Source: the human T2T-CHM13v2.0 reference genome, Homo sapiens. From it: 64,000 nt of DNA. The first letter of the stretch is position 1. Every line of letters starts with the position of its first letter. Of the stretch, positions 12,675 to 26,159 are shown piece after piece. Under the pieces are notes generated by a model, which saw only the letters and a list, made by a program, of their open reading frames with translations, was not told the DNA's origin and ran no database searches. A program made the translations under genes and the position numbers. The stretch is from NCBI RefSeq assembly GCF_009914755.1, contig NC_060928.1; one strand, written 5' to 3'.

Positions 12675-14274
12675 TAAGAATTTAAAAAATATTCTACTTG
12701 TGATCCTTTCTCATGTTGTGATGCTAGACCAGCTGGGGTATGATTGTGAAACATGTAAGTGGGGGACACAGACATGGTGAAACAAATAAGTGTGATCAGA
12801 GAGGGGACAGTGTGTGTGCAAAGGCACAGAGGCAAGAAAGAGCTTCTTTTTGGTGAGACAGTGCTAGGTGGAGTGAGTATAATGGTTGGAGAGGAGAGTA
12901 GGGAAGAGCGGGCAGACTTCAGAGTGGATCTGATAAAACTCAGTAGTATTTTGGTTGCAACGGGCTGGGTCATGTCTGAAGAAGCAGCCATTTGAGAATG
13001 AGCAAAAATGAGGATCCTGGTTTTTAAACACCTTAGCAGTAGTGTGGTCCTGTGGTAGGGATGTGCAAAGCACTGGACTGCCCGCCTCCTTTTTCTGTTC
13101 GGTGAAGGATGGGGTGAGGAAGAGCGCTCAGAGTGCACAGATGGATTCTCAATTCAGGGTGAAACAGGATTTTAGATCCAGTTTCCTTTTATAGTGGTTT
13201 TAGAGCAAAGAATCAGGGACTCTGCTGTTTTCTGGTATAAAATGAGAGCAGCCATACACTTCCTATGCCCTTGAATCAAGATCAGACAATTCCAGGGAAG
13301 AGCTAAGTTTTAACCTTTGATCTCTAGGGGTAAAGTTTTTCTTTACTTTCTCCCTCCCTCTCTTCCTCCTTCCTCTCTTCCTCTCCACCCCTTCTTTTTT
13401 GTTTACGTTTTGAGCTGAATAACAGGGGAAAATGGGGCCTGATATACTACAAACTCCAACTAGAGTCCTTGGCATCATGGAAAATTCCTTGACTTGTTTT
13501 GCAAAGGTTGGCTGCACCATGAGATTCCATTGTTTCAAAGTGGAGTCATGTATATGACATAGGTTTTGCATTAGGACTCTGGGGGATTTTCCTTATGAAA
13601 CAAAATGTGCAATCTGCTTAGTTTCCCAGTGGCAAAGCAGAAAACTAGATCTATTTGTTATAGAACTTTACGCTTCAGTTTTCCCCTCATAATTACAGAT
13701 GTGCCTTTGAAGCTCACTGCAGCAAATTCAATGAGACCTTACAATTTAAAATGAAAATAAAATATATTTAGAATGAAGCATCATAGGTTTAAGAATAGAA
13801 TACTTTAAAAACGCAAAAAACAAGAAGTTAAATGTGTATGTTACCTAAATGTTAATGGGTTTCCCTTTTCCTTATCTCCTAAGTCCTGCTGTCCAAGATC
13901 CCTTGATTCTTTGCCTAGAATCAATGATGTCATTCAAAGGGAATGTTTGGAGGCACTGTCCTAGTTCACCCGCAGCATTTCAGATGGCATTAGCGTCACT
14001 AGGAAAACAGACTTGAAACCAGGTTCAAGAAGAATAATAATTTGCATTTTGCTTTTATAGTTTGCTGTCTTCCCCTCTAGATTATCTAGTTTAAAAAGGA
14101 ACTTTCATCATCCTTGAAGTTCTATGTTGATCAGACATTTTGTCCCTATTATTTCCTCTTTCTTCACATTACATCAATGAGAGAGTTGAGAATAGGTCTG
14201 AAAGAAGTCAGGTTATGAGCTAACAGGATACTGGGGAGTGATACATTAGAGGCGGTCAGTTCTGTGAAAGATGC

Positions 14275-15595
14275 TATTGATGCTGAGTGCGTCTGCCTAG
14301 GTGGTCTCATCCAGAGTTTCCATGCCACAAATACGCTGCTGACTCCTCAGTCGCTATTTCTTCTTATGCCTTAGATCTCCGTATTCGAACCATTGTCTGA
14401 CATCATGAGACTGTGCATGTCAACCTCAAACTCTTTGTGGCTAAAAGAGGTTCTGCATTCACCTGACCCCATCCCTACCCTTCCCAGATTAGTAAATAGC
14501 ACCACCATCCACTCAGCTGCTTCCTGGAAATCTTCGGAGTCACCTTCATTCCTTCCTCCCTTCCTTTATTTCATACCTCACCTGCAATCCATCAGCAGGT
14601 CCTGCAGCTGCACATGGTATCCCAAGCTGATGACTTCTCAGCACCTCCTGGCTGCAGCCCAGCCAAGGCATGTAGCATCCTTCTCACTGGCCTCTCTTCC
14701 TCCCCCATAGCCAATCTTCGGACCACAGCTAGAAATATTTTTTTCAATGAGTGAAGATCAACCTACTCCCCTGCTTCAGCTCTCTTTATGTTTCCCTTTT
14801 CTCACTTAAAATAGAATGTAAGCTTCTTACCCAGGGCTACAAGGATACACAACTCAACCTTCCTCCCATTCCCCACTCAGCCTCTATCTCTACCTACACT
14901 CGCTGTCCCTTGACCTTCCAAATGTACCGTGTGTCAAGGCTTTTGCTCTTGCTGCTTGAAATGTTCTTTGAGAAAATCCCTGCCTTTTTTCTCAGCATTC
15001 AGGTGCCAGCTCAAATATCAGACCCTCAGAGAATCCTTCTCAGATTATCCTAGCAAGAGCAATAATATTGTCCCTGCTCCACTCTGTTTGTTTTTTATTT
15101 TTATTATTATTTTTTTTGAGATGGAGTCTCTGTCACCCAGGCTGGACTGCAGTGGGGTGATCTCGGCTCACCGCAACCTCCACCTCCAGGATTCAAGCAA
15201 TTCTCCTGCCTCAGCCTCCTGAGTAGCTAGGATTACAGGCTCACACCACTGCTCCTGGCTAATTTTTGTATTTTTAGTAGAGACAGGGTTTCACCATGTT
15301 GGCCAGGCTGGTCTCGAACTCCTGACCTCAGGTGATCTGCCCATGTCGGCCTCCCAAAGTGCTGGGATTACAGGTGTGAGCCGCCGCACCCGGCATCTAT
15401 CTGTTTTAATGGTTATTTTCTTCTTCACACTTAAAATTCTTCAAAATACCTGCATGTTTATTGCCTGTCTTCCCTACTAGAATGGAAACTTCTTGCAGAC
15501 GTGGATTTTTGTCTTGTTCATTGTGGTGTGCCTCGCAATTAGACAGTGCTTAGTACAACACAGGTACTCAATAAATGTTTGCTGAATTAATGAAA
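14275..15595 (+). mobile_element. L2 3' portion (split by an Alu)
   Basis: L2 terminus: acagtgcttagtacaacacaggtactcaataaatgtttgctgaattaatgaa. Confidence 0.75.
15089..15394 (-). mobile_element. AluSx/Sz
   Basis: ctcctgacctcaggtgatctgccc; full dimer. Confidence 0.95.
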
Positions 15596-16114
15596 AAACA
15601 CTAATAAGGTAGGATTTACCTTGATGATCTGGTTTTTTAAAAGCCCGCAATGAGTGTTGAATTCCACCAGGTTCAGCTACCCTTCTTCCATTTCTAGCTC
15701 ATGAGGCCCAGGCCCATGTTGCCAAGCCCTGGTTCCTTCTGGTCTGTACTCTCATCATCCCCTCTGGATCAGCACTACCTCCACCAAATACTTGTCCAGC
15801 TCCTATTATATGACAGGTGTTGTTCTGAGCCTCGGGAGACAGAACTGAATAAAATGCACACAAGCATCTACTTTCACAGAGCTTATATTCTATGTTTTGG
15901 CCCAAATCTACCTTTGTACCACACAAACATGATAGAATCAGCTCTGCATCAGGGTGGCCTTGATGGGAATTGGTTCAGACAGTTTACCAGTTTCTCCTAT
16001 TTGTCAGAAATGTAAGGGGTTCCTCAACTGGATTGCTTGGTTGTCCCATAAAAGAAAAGTGAAGCGGAGCCTGGCCTAGGATAATGCCAGGATGGCCTTA
16101 AGAATGGAGTACAA

Positions 16115-16559
16115 ATAGCAAAGAAATGGAATCAACCTAGGTGCCCATCAACGTGAATTAGATAAAGAAAATGTGGTATATATATATATATATGCCATAG
16201 AATACTGCACAGCCATAAAAAAGAATGAAATCATGCTCTTTGCAGTGACATGGATGGAGCTGGAAGCCATTATTCTAAGCCAATTAGTGCAACAATAGAA
16301 AACCAAATAACATGTTCTCGCTTATAAGTGGAAGCTAGACATTGAATACACATAGACATAAAGATGGGAACAGTAGACACTGGAGACTGCTAGATGAGGC
16401 GGGAGGGAAGAGGACATGGGCTGAAAAGTATTGTGATAGGTACTATGCTCACTACATGGGTGACGGCTAATTTGTACCCCAAACCTCAGCATCATGCAAT
16501 ATACCCGTGGAACATACCCCTTAATCTATAATAAAAGTTGAAAATTTTTTAAAAAAAGA
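16115..16559 (+). mobile_element. 5'-truncated L1PB/L1MA 3' end
   Basis: ORF2 tail and 3'UTR text, AATAAA and A-rich tail. Degenerate 15-bp TSD AAGAAYGGRGYACAA at 16100-16114 and 16560-16574. Confidence 0.88.
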
Positions 16560-17317
16560 AAGAACGGGGCACAAGCAGGAGAACAACAAGGTCTGCTTGG
16601 CACCCACTCAGGGCCTCGCCCTGCTAGCAGCTGAGTCAGCCCTGTTTAAGAGTTATGGGTGGACCTAACGCAGTGACCCAGGCATAGGCATTCCAGCATC
16701 TACTTCCTGACTGGAGAAGGAGGGCCTTGGCTGGCCCAGGCTGGCTAAAGCTGGCCGTCCTGGGTTTGTCTCGGCTGTCTGTGGGCAAAGCTGCATTTTA
16801 AACTTGAAATAATGGTAAATTCACTAGTAACACTGTTAGAGACAATGTTTAATTCGAAAACTCCTGTGCAGTCCAAGTAAATTAAATTATGAGGATAAAG
16901 TTTCCATCTCAAAGAACAACTAACTGCTAGGATGACTTCCAACTTAAAAAAAAAAGAAAAAGAAAAAGTACATTCACCATATTTAGAATCACTTCATTGT
17001 CCTAAAGAGTCAACTTTTTCCTACAAAAAAAAAAAAAGAAACATTCACTTGACAATATCCCATGAGACCGCCATTCTAGGGAACCTGAGTGATAGAGTGG
17101 CAGAGTCCTCTGAAGTCACCCCCTTTTCACCTGCACAGGCTGACTGTTCCATGGGCCCTACCCCACGACCACCCCCTCCTTGTAACTTCACTGCCTGGCA
17201 AGTTAAGCGTGATCCTAAGGGCTGAGGGAAGTTCTGGAATTTAGGGTGAATGAGAAGTGTATTCCCAGATGAGCTGCTCCTTGTAAGTGATCAAGCTTCC
17301 TAATATTTTAAGTATTT

Positions 17318-17595
17318 GCCGGGTGCGGTGGCTCAAGCCTGTAATCTCAACGCTTCGGGAGGCCAAGGCGGGAGGATCACTTGAGGTCAGGAGTTTGAGA
17401 CCAGCCTGGCCAACATGGTAAAACCCCATCTCTACTAAAAATACAAAAAATTAGCTGGGTGTGGTGGTGCACGCCTGTAATTCCAGCTACTCAGGAGATT
17501 GAGGCAGGAGAATCACTTGAACCCTGGAGGCAAAGGTTGCAGTCAGCCGAGATTGCCCTCTGCACTCCAGCCTGGGTGACAGAGTGAGACTTTGT

Positions 17596-17624
<29 letters not shown>
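17318..17624 (+). mobile_element. AluSx/Sz
   Basis: Full dimer with A-tail; TSD TTTAAGTATTTG. Confidence 0.95.
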
Positions 17625-17626
<2 letters not shown>

Positions 17627-18984
17627 TAAGTATTTGTCATCTCCCTTGAGACAGAGCAGATTAATAATGGAAAAGTGTGGGGGCGGGGGGCGGGGTTCTC
17701 TCTACGTCCTGCAGCTACAGTCAGAGCTCTTCCTCTATATTTGCCATGTCACAGCCACTTGCACATAGAAGTCCCAGTTGTCCTGAATACCAGTGTGCCC
17801 TTCTCAATCTTAGGTTTGAGATACTGGTGTCTGCTGTAGGCTCTTTCGCCTTGACTTTGGTAGGTTACCTCTGAATAGTCCTTTATAAATAAAACAAAAG
17901 GAACACTACCTATGGTGGCTCTAGTTTTAGAAGGAGGGCAGATTCATGGCTTACACTTGGAGACGCTAGATTTCCTTAAGTTCGTTGTGCTTTTTAGTAA
18001 TTGCTGAAATGTCTCACATAGAGGCTAAATTCAGTCACTATATTACTGAGTGCCTAAAAATTTGGCTTTATGCCTTATTTTTAAATCATAGCAATGTATA
18101 ATTTTGGTTATGTCATATCCATGTAAAAGTCTCCTTTTCTCTTTGTAGATGTCTTTTAAGGCCTCTTTCAGTTCTAAACATTTGGAGATTCCAAATAGTT
18201 TGCATTTGGGGTTTGTTTGGACTGTTGTTAATCTGTGGAAATCCTGAGGAACAAGAATGGCTTGTTTCTTTGTTTACCTTTAAGGTGGTTTTCCTCCTGG
18301 GTGCCTGTTCACCTCCTGAGGAGGGAAAATTGGGTCATCTCTATGTTATTTAAGGCTGCTCACCTTAAGGGTACTCCCTTAAATAGGTTGTTATTCCACA
18401 TCTGTCATCTGTACTAGAACAAAAGTAAATTCTCACACTCGACTTCAGAGTAGGGGTTTGCTCAATTGCTTCTTATCAAAGTTTCTAAGAACTGAGTTTT
18501 TTCAGTTATTTCTTGAGTTTACACATTCCAGTTTTATTTAATCAAAGGAACTGTGTGGGAAAACAGCAGTGTATAAAATATTCATTCACAGCAGTGATAG
18601 TGCAATTGAGTAACAGCAGCAGCTGCCCTGAACACATGGCTGTGAGAACACAATTAAAATTTCAACACACTTTGTGAAACACTTTTCTATACAGCTCAGC
18701 TTTCAAAGTCATGAGGGAATGTATATGGTGCTTAAGTGTAAACTCCTACTTGGAGTCCTGTTGGTGGTTTAATGATGAAAAATATCTTTTCTTTAATTCA
18801 AATATATTGACCCTATATGTATTTTGATAGCTGCTAAAATTCCTAGGGTTATTCTCAAGGTAGACCTTCAGAATATAAATGCAAAGATTCTGAAAATTTC
18901 ATGTACATAAGAGACAACCAGTAAATATGTTAAAAAGGCAGATTTGGATCAATTGTTGATACACTTTTAGGTAGTACCAGGTTT

Positions 18985-19230
18985 TGGGCTATTTTGTGTC
19001 TTTTTGGTGAACATATGTGTTTCTGTTGGGCATCTAGGAGTAGCATTTCTGCATTTAAGGTAGCCATATATTCAGCACTAGTAAATACTGCCAAAAGTGT
19101 TCCAAGATGATTTTATCAACTTATAGTCTCACTGCCATGTTAGTGTTTAAGAGTTTTGGTGGATCCACGTTCTTACCAACACTTGGTGTTTTCTGTTTTT
19201 ATTTTAGCCATTCTATTGGTTATACAAAGG
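18985..19230 (-). mobile_element. Old L1M ORF2 3' fragment
   Basis: ttcttaccaacacttggtgttttctg...ttttagccattctattgg. Confidence 0.6.
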
Positions 19231-19232
19231 TA

Positions 19233-19577
19233 CAGTCATGTGCCATAAAATGATATTTTGGTCAACAACGAACCATGCAGACAATGGTGGTCCCATAAGA
19301 TTATAATATATTTTTGCTGTATCTTTTCTATATTTAAGTATATTTACATACACAAATACTTCCCATTGGGTTACAACTACCTACAATATTTAAGACAATA
19401 ACATGCTGTACAGGTTTATAACCTAGGAGCAATAAGCCATACAATATAGCCTAGGTATGTAGGAGATTATATCATCTAGGTTTGTGTAGATACACTCTGT
19501 GATGTTCACACAATGACAATACTGCCTAATGATGCATTTCTCAGAATATATCCCCATCATTAAGTGACGCATGACTG
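19233..19577 (+). mobile_element. Tigger3a (MER7-type) TcMar-Tigger element
   Basis: TA|CAGTCATG...CATGACTG|TA terminal inverted repeats with TA TSD; ggtggtcccataagattataat. Confidence 0.9.
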
Positions 19578-19599
19578 TATTTCATTATAATTTAGATTT

Positions 19600-19995
19600 A
19601 AATTGAATGGATACATTTTGGTATAGTCATGCAATAGAATACCATTCAGCCAAAGAGAGTGAACAGTCTATAATGACATGCAACAATGTGGATGAATCTC
19701 ACAATCTGTGAAAAAAGCCAGACACAAAAGAATGCAGACTGCATGAGTCCATTTATAGACAGTACCAAAAAACCCAGGTGAAAGTAATCTATGGCATTAG
19801 CAATTAAGATACGGGTTGGCCTTGAGGAGAGTGAGTAGACTGTGCGTGGAGAGAGCAGAGGGGCTTCTGGGATATCAGTGATATTATTCTTGATCTGAGT
19901 GCTGGCTTTGCAGATGGGTTTAGTTGTGAAACTCCAGCAAGCTGTCCACTTTATGCTGTGTGCACTTTTCAGTATGTATATTATTCTTTATTTAA
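19600..19995 (+). mobile_element. L1ME/MC 3' end
   Basis: atgcaacaatgtggatgaatctcaca...gccagacacaaaagaat. Confidence 0.7.
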
Positions 19996-20009
19996 ATTTT
20001 TTTTTAGAG

Positions 20010-20133
20010 TACAGATTTCTAGGCCTTTACTGTGAGATGTGGTCCTTTGATGGGACCTGGGAGTTTACATGTTTGACAAGCACTCAGGTGATTGGGATGC
20101 AGGTGGCCTCAAAGTGCACTTTGAGAAACATTG
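20010..20133. mobile_element. MER5-type hAT fragment
   Basis: caagcactcaggtgatt...cactttgagaaacattg. Confidence 0.55.
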
Positions 20134-21449
20134 GTAATTGCATTCAGTGCAGAGATTTTTAAAGCATTCATCAGCTCTTCAAAATAATTTAATCAGCTGC
20201 TTTATATACTGCAGCTATTTTTGGTCATTTCAGAGATGGTTTCACTCATCCCACCCCCATCCCACTTTCACCTTCTGAGAGCGAATCAATCCTGGAAAAA
20301 TGAAAACCCCAAGTGAGCCCCACGTTGGAAAGAGTTGCAGCTTATACTCAGTGAGGAAAGGACAATCAAGTGAGAAAGAAATCCATTGGTGGGGAAAAAC
20401 CCCATCAAGTGCAGGAATCATAGAAACCCTCTCTGGGAGGAGAACTGACCTTTTCTGATGAAAACTCATTTCATTTATTTAGCCACGGGTGACAGAGTGT
20501 ATCTGAGTCTGAGGCATTTGGTGGAGGCTCTGTAAAAACTAGGTTAAGGACTGAATCAAAATCTCTTCCAATTACACGAAGGAGGAAGCTAAGAATGCAA
20601 ATAACTGTAAAGCTATTGCTTGTTGTGACTAAAAGTCCTCCACATAGTAAGGCCTAAATCAGCTTTCATTTTATTGCTATGGGGAAGGACAGAGCTACCC
20701 AACACAATTATACAGACAAGTTTTTAAGGGAACAAAAACAGTGAAAAAAAAATCACTCAATGCTTGTTTAGAGCTTGCTCTATCCGCCCAAGTGCTGAGA
20801 AAGTGTTCTCAAAAGTCAAGAGGGAAAGAGTTCTTACTTGATAAAAAACTGTTGGCTTTTAAAGGGTCAGTTATTCTCCTTGAAGACACAGGGGTATGTA
20901 CCTGATTTACCTATAGGCAGGCTGGTATTAAGTTGATTTCACTGGTATGTCTACCCCAATGATTAAAAAATCTGAAATAATTTTGTACTTGTTGGAAAAT
21001 AGCCCCAGCCCAGGGCTCCTTGAGAACCCCCCATTCACTGTCCACATTGCTTGGCCCTCCTCTGGGATTCCTCAGAACTCCCGACAGTACAGCAACTAAA
21101 GGGTTAATGTCCAGCAATTGAGAGACCTCCAACCCTGTCCAGCCACAAGCTACCTTAGAGGTCATTGCTTTGTGGTGATAACCTGTGAAGGGGAGAAATG
21201 GCCTTTTTGGGTCAACTGCGGAACCCTATCCATGTTCTTCTCTTACTCAACAGCTTTTCACTACCCTCCCCCCAGAGTGCCCCAATTCTATTTCTCTTGT
21301 AATTTTTCATTCTTTGGTAACTTCTCATTCAAGGCAATGAAAGATCACTAATTAAATGTAGATGTTTTGTCATTAGATTAACCTTCTAGTCTGTCACTCC
21401 TAAATATCCAAGGGCTTCCAGAGGCTCTCTGATTCATCGGCTCCTTCAC

Positions 21450-21691
21450 TCTCTCATTCAGCAAACATCTCTGGAATGCCTGCTACATGCCATCACTGTG
21501 CTTACTGGTAAGACTCCATCCCCCTCAGCTTAAATGAGAGCTCACAGTCTGGTGGGAATAATCAACCTGTAAATAGACAATTCTGGTGCAATCATGGAGC
21601 TATTCGAGTATGATGGGAACATAAAGGCTGGCAAAGGTAGATCATGGTGAGTCAGGGAAGACTTCCTGGAAGAAGTGGTTTGAGCTTAGCC
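21450..21691 (-). mobile_element. L2 fragment (continues at ~28760-28960)
   Basis: cattcagcaaacatctctggaatgcctgctacatgcca...agtcagggaagacttcctggaagaagtg. Confidence 0.6.
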
Positions 21692-22037
21692 TTTTTTCTT
21701 TCTTTTTTCCTTTTATAGATTTAGAGAGTACAAGTGCAGTTTTGTTACAGGGATATATTGTGTAGTGGTGAAGTATGGGCTTTTAGTGTCCCCATCGCCC
21801 AAAGAGTGAACAATGTACCCAATAGGTAAATTTTCAGCTCTCACCACCCCCCCTTTTTTCTCCCCTTTTTTGGAGCGCCCATTGTCTGTTATTTCCCTCT
21901 CTGTGTTCATGTGTACCCATTGTTTAGCTCTCATAAGTGAGAACATGTGGTATTTGATTTTCTGAGTTATTACACTTAGGATAAGGGCCTCTAGCTCTAT
22001 CCATGTTGCTGCAAAAGACATGATCTCATTCTTTTTT
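21692..22037 (-). mobile_element. L1MA (MA1-3-like) 3' end, distal part
   Basis: gtacaagtgcagttttgttacagggatatattgtgtagtggtgaagt; ORF 21713-22021 (MSFAATWIELEALILS) is the L1 ORF2 C-terminus. Confidence 0.88.
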
Positions 22038-22275
22038 TGTTGTTTTTCTTTTCTTTTTTTATTTTATTTTTTATTATATTTTAAGTTCTGGGGTACATGT
22101 GCAGAACGTGCAGTTTTGTTACATAGGTATACATGTGCCATGGTGGTTTGCTGCACTCATCAACCTGTCACCTACATTAGGTATTTCTCCTAATGTGATC
22201 CCTCCCCTAGCCCCCCACCCCCTGACAGGCCCTGGTGTGTGATGTTCCCTCCCTGTGTCCATGTGTTCTTCTTGT

Positions 22276-25200
22276 TCAACTCCCACTTATGAGTGAGAAC
22301 ATGCAGTGTTTTGTTTTCTGTTCTTGTGATAGTTTACTGAGAATGATTGTTTCCAGTTTCATCCATGTCCCTGCAAAGGACATGAACTCATCCTTTTTTT
22401 ATGGCTGCATAATATTATTCCATGGTGTGTATATGTGCCACATTTTCTTTATCCAGTCTATCATTGATGGGCATTTGGGTTGGTTTCAAGTCTTTGCTAT
22501 TGTGAATAGTGCCACAATAAACATATGTGTGCATGTGTTTTTATTGTAGAATGATTTATAATCCTTTGGGTATATACCCAGTAATGGGATTGCTGGGTCA
22601 AATGGTATTTCTAGTTCTAGATCCTTGAGGAATCGCCACACTGTCTTCCACAGTGGTTGAACTAGTTTACAGTCCCACCAACAGTGTCAAAGTGTTCCTA
22701 TTTCTCCACATCCTCTCCAGCCCCTGTTGTTTCCTGACTTTTTAATGATTGCCATTCTAACTGGCGTGAGATGGTATCTCATTGTGGTTTTGATTTGCAT
22801 TTCTCTAATGACCAGTGATGATGAGCATTTTTTCATATGTTTGTTGGCTGCATAAATGTCTTCTTTTGAGAAGTGTCTGTTCATATCCTTTGTCCCCTTT
22901 TTCATGGGGTTTTTTTTTCTTGTAAATTTGTTTAAGTTCTTTGTAGATTCTGGATATTAGCCCTTTGTCAGATGGGTAGATTGCAAAAATTTTCTCCCAT
23001 TTTGTAGGTTGCCTCTTCACTCTGATGATAGTTTCTTTTGCTGTGCAGAAGCTCTTTAGATCTCATTTATCAATTTTGGTTTTTGTTGCCATTGTTTTTG
23101 GTGTTTTAGACATGAAGTCTCTGCCCATGCCTATGTCCTGAATGGTATTGCACAGGTTTTCTTCTAGGATTTTTATGGTTTTTGGGTCTTACATTTAAGT
23201 CTTTAATCCATCTTGAGTTGATTTTTGTATAAGGTGTAGGAAAGGGATCCAGTTTCAGTTTTCTGCATATGGCTAGCCAGTTTTCCCCACACCATTTATT
23301 AAATAGGGAATCTTTTCCCCATTGCTTGTTTGTGTCAAGTTTATCAAAGATCAGATGGTTGTAGATGTGTGGTGTTATTTCCGAGGCCTCTGTTCTGTTC
23401 CATTGGTCTATATATCTGTTTTGGTACCGGTACCATGCTGTTTTTGGTTACTGTAGCCTTGCAGTATAGTTTGAAGTCAGATAGCGTGATTCCTCCAGCT
23501 TTGTTCTTATTGCTTAGGATTGTCTTGGCTATGCAGGCTCTTTTTTGGTTCCATATGAAGTTTAAAGTAGTTTTTTCTAGTTCTGTGAAGAAAGTTACTG
23601 GTAGCTTGATGGGGATAGCATTGAATCTATAAATTATTTTGGGCAGTATGGCCATTTTGACAATATTAATTCTTCCTATCCATGAGGATGGAATGTTTTT
23701 CCATTTGTTTGCATCCTCTCTTATTTCCTTGAGCAGTGCTTTGTAGTTCTCCTTGAAGAGGTCCTTCACATCCTTTGTAAGTTGGATTCCTAGGTATTTT
23801 ATTCTCTTTGTAGCAATTGTGAATGAGAGTTCACTCATGATTTGGCTGTTTGTCTGTTATTGGTGTATAGGAATGCTTGTGATTTTTGCACACTGATTCT
23901 GTATCCTGAGACTTTGCTGAAGTTGCTTATCAGCTTAAGGAGATTTTGGGCTGAGACGATGGGGTTTTCTAAATATACAGTCATGTCATCTGCAAACAGA
24001 GACAGTTTGACTTCCTCTCTTCCTATTTGAATACGCTTTATTTCTTTCTGTTGCCTGATTGCCCTGGCCAGAACTTCCAATACTATGTTGAGTAGGAGTG
24101 GTGAGAGAGGGCATCCTTGTCTTGTGCTGGCTTTCAAAGGGAATGTTTCCAGTTTTTGCCCATTCAGTATGATATTGGCCATGGGTTTGTCATAAATAGC
24201 TGTTATTATTTTGAGATATGTTCCATAGATACCTAGTTTATTGAGAGTTTTTAGCATGAAGCGTTGTTGAATTTTGTTGAAGGCCTTTTCTGCATCTATT
24301 GAGCTAATCATGTGGTTTTTGTCATTGATTCTGTTTATGTGATGGATTATGTTTATTGATTTGCGTATGCTGAACCAGCCTTGCATCCCAGGTATGAAGC
24401 CAACTTGATCATGGTGGATAATCTTTTTGATGTGCTGCTGGATTCAGTTTGCCAGTGTTTTATTGAGGATTTTCGCATCGATGTTCATCAGGGATATTGG
24501 CCTGAAATGTTCCTTTTTTGTTATGTCTCTGCCAGGTTTTGGTATCAGAATGATGCTGGCCTCATAGAGTGAGTTAGGGAGGATTCCCTCTTTTTCTATT
24601 GTTTGGAATAGTTTCAGAAGGAATCGTAGCAGCTCCTCTTTGTACCTCTGGTAGGTAGAATTTGGCTGTGAATCCATCTGGTCCTGGACTTTTTTTGGTT
24701 GGTAGGCTATTAATTACTGCCTCAATTTCAGAACCTGTTATTGGTATATTCAGGGATTCGACTTCTTCCTGGTTTAGACTTGGGAGGGTGTATGTGTCCA
24801 GGAATTTATCCATTTCTTCTAGGCTTTCTGGTTTATTTGCGTAGAGGTGTTTATAGTATTTTCTGATGGTAGTTTGTATTTCTGTGGGATCAGTGGTGGT
24901 ATCCCCTATATCATTTTTTATTGTGTCTATTCGATTCTTCTCTCTTTTCTTCTTTATTAGTCTGGCTAGCGGTCTATTGATTTTGTTGATCTTTTCAAAA
25001 AACCAACTCCTGGATTCATTGATTTTTTGAAGGGATTTTTCTGTCTCTATCTCTGTCAGTTCTGCTCTGATCTTAGTTATTTCTTGTCTTCTGCTAGCTT
25101 TTGAATTTGTTTGCTGTTGCTTCTCTAGTTCTTTTCATTTTGATATTAGGGTGTCAATTTTAGATCTTTCCTGCTTTCTCTTGTGGGCATTTAGTGCTAT

Positions 25201-26096
25201 AAATTTCCCTCTATACACTGCTTTAAATGTGTCCCAGAGATTCTGGTACGTTGTGTCTTCGTTCTCACTGGTTTCAAAGAACATCTTTATTTCTGCCTTC
25301 ATTTCGTTATGTACCCAGTAGTCATTCAGGAGCCGGTTGTTCAGTTTCCATGTAGTTGTGCGGTTTTGAGTGAGTTTCTTAATTCTGAGTTCTAATTTGA
25401 TTGCACTGTGGTCTGAGAGACTGTTTGTTATGATTTCCATTCTTTTGCATTTGCTGAAGAGTGTTTTACTTCCAATTATGTTGTCAATTTTAGAATAAGT
25501 GCAATGAGGTGCTGAGAAGAATGTATTTTCTGTTGATTTGGGATGGAGAGTTCTGTAGATGTCTATTAAGTCCACTTGGTCCAAGCTGAGTTCCAGTCCT
25601 GAATATCTTTGTTAATTTTCTGTCTTGCTGATCTGTCTAATATCGACAGTGGGGTGTTAAAGTCTCGCACTATTATTGTGTGGGAGTCTAAGTCTCTTTA
25701 TAGGTCTCTAAGAACTTGCTTTATGAATCTGGGTGCCCCTGTATTGGGTGCATATATATTTAGGATAGTTAGCTCTTCTTGTTGCATTGATCCCTTTACC
25801 ATTATGTAATGCCCTTCTTTGTCTCTTTTGATCTTTGTTGGCTTAAAGTCTGTTTTATCAGAAAGTAGGATTGCAACTCCTGCTTTGTTTTGCTTTCCAG
25901 TTGCTTGGTAAATATTCCTCCATCCCTTTATTTTGAGCCTTTGTGTGTCTTTGCACATGAGATGGGTCTCCTAAATACAGCACATTGATGAGTCTTGACT
26001 CTTTATCCAATTTGCCAGTCTGTGTCTTTTAATTGGGGCATTTGGCCCATTTCCATTTAAGGTTAATATTGTTATGTGTGAATTTGATCTTGTAAT
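22276..26096 (-). pseudogene. L1 ORF2 (endonuclease/reverse transcriptase), disrupted
   Basis: Fragments include [43 protein letters not shown] and YLGIQLT. Start codon reads ATT. Many stops and frameshifts (e.g. GTAG duplication at ~24651). Confidence 0.93.
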
Positions 26097-26159
26097 TATG
26101 ATGCTAGCTGGTTATTTTGCCCATTAGTTGATGCAGTTTCTTCATAGTGTCAATGGTCT

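Noticed and set aside
12674-13138. 154-aa - strand ORF
   Set aside because: No recognisable domain; partly degenerate L2-like sequence; consistent with chance.
17678-17695. GGGGGCGGGGGGCGGGG double GC-box as a promoter or G4
   Set aside because: Isolated, with no surrounding CpG enrichment and only three G-runs.
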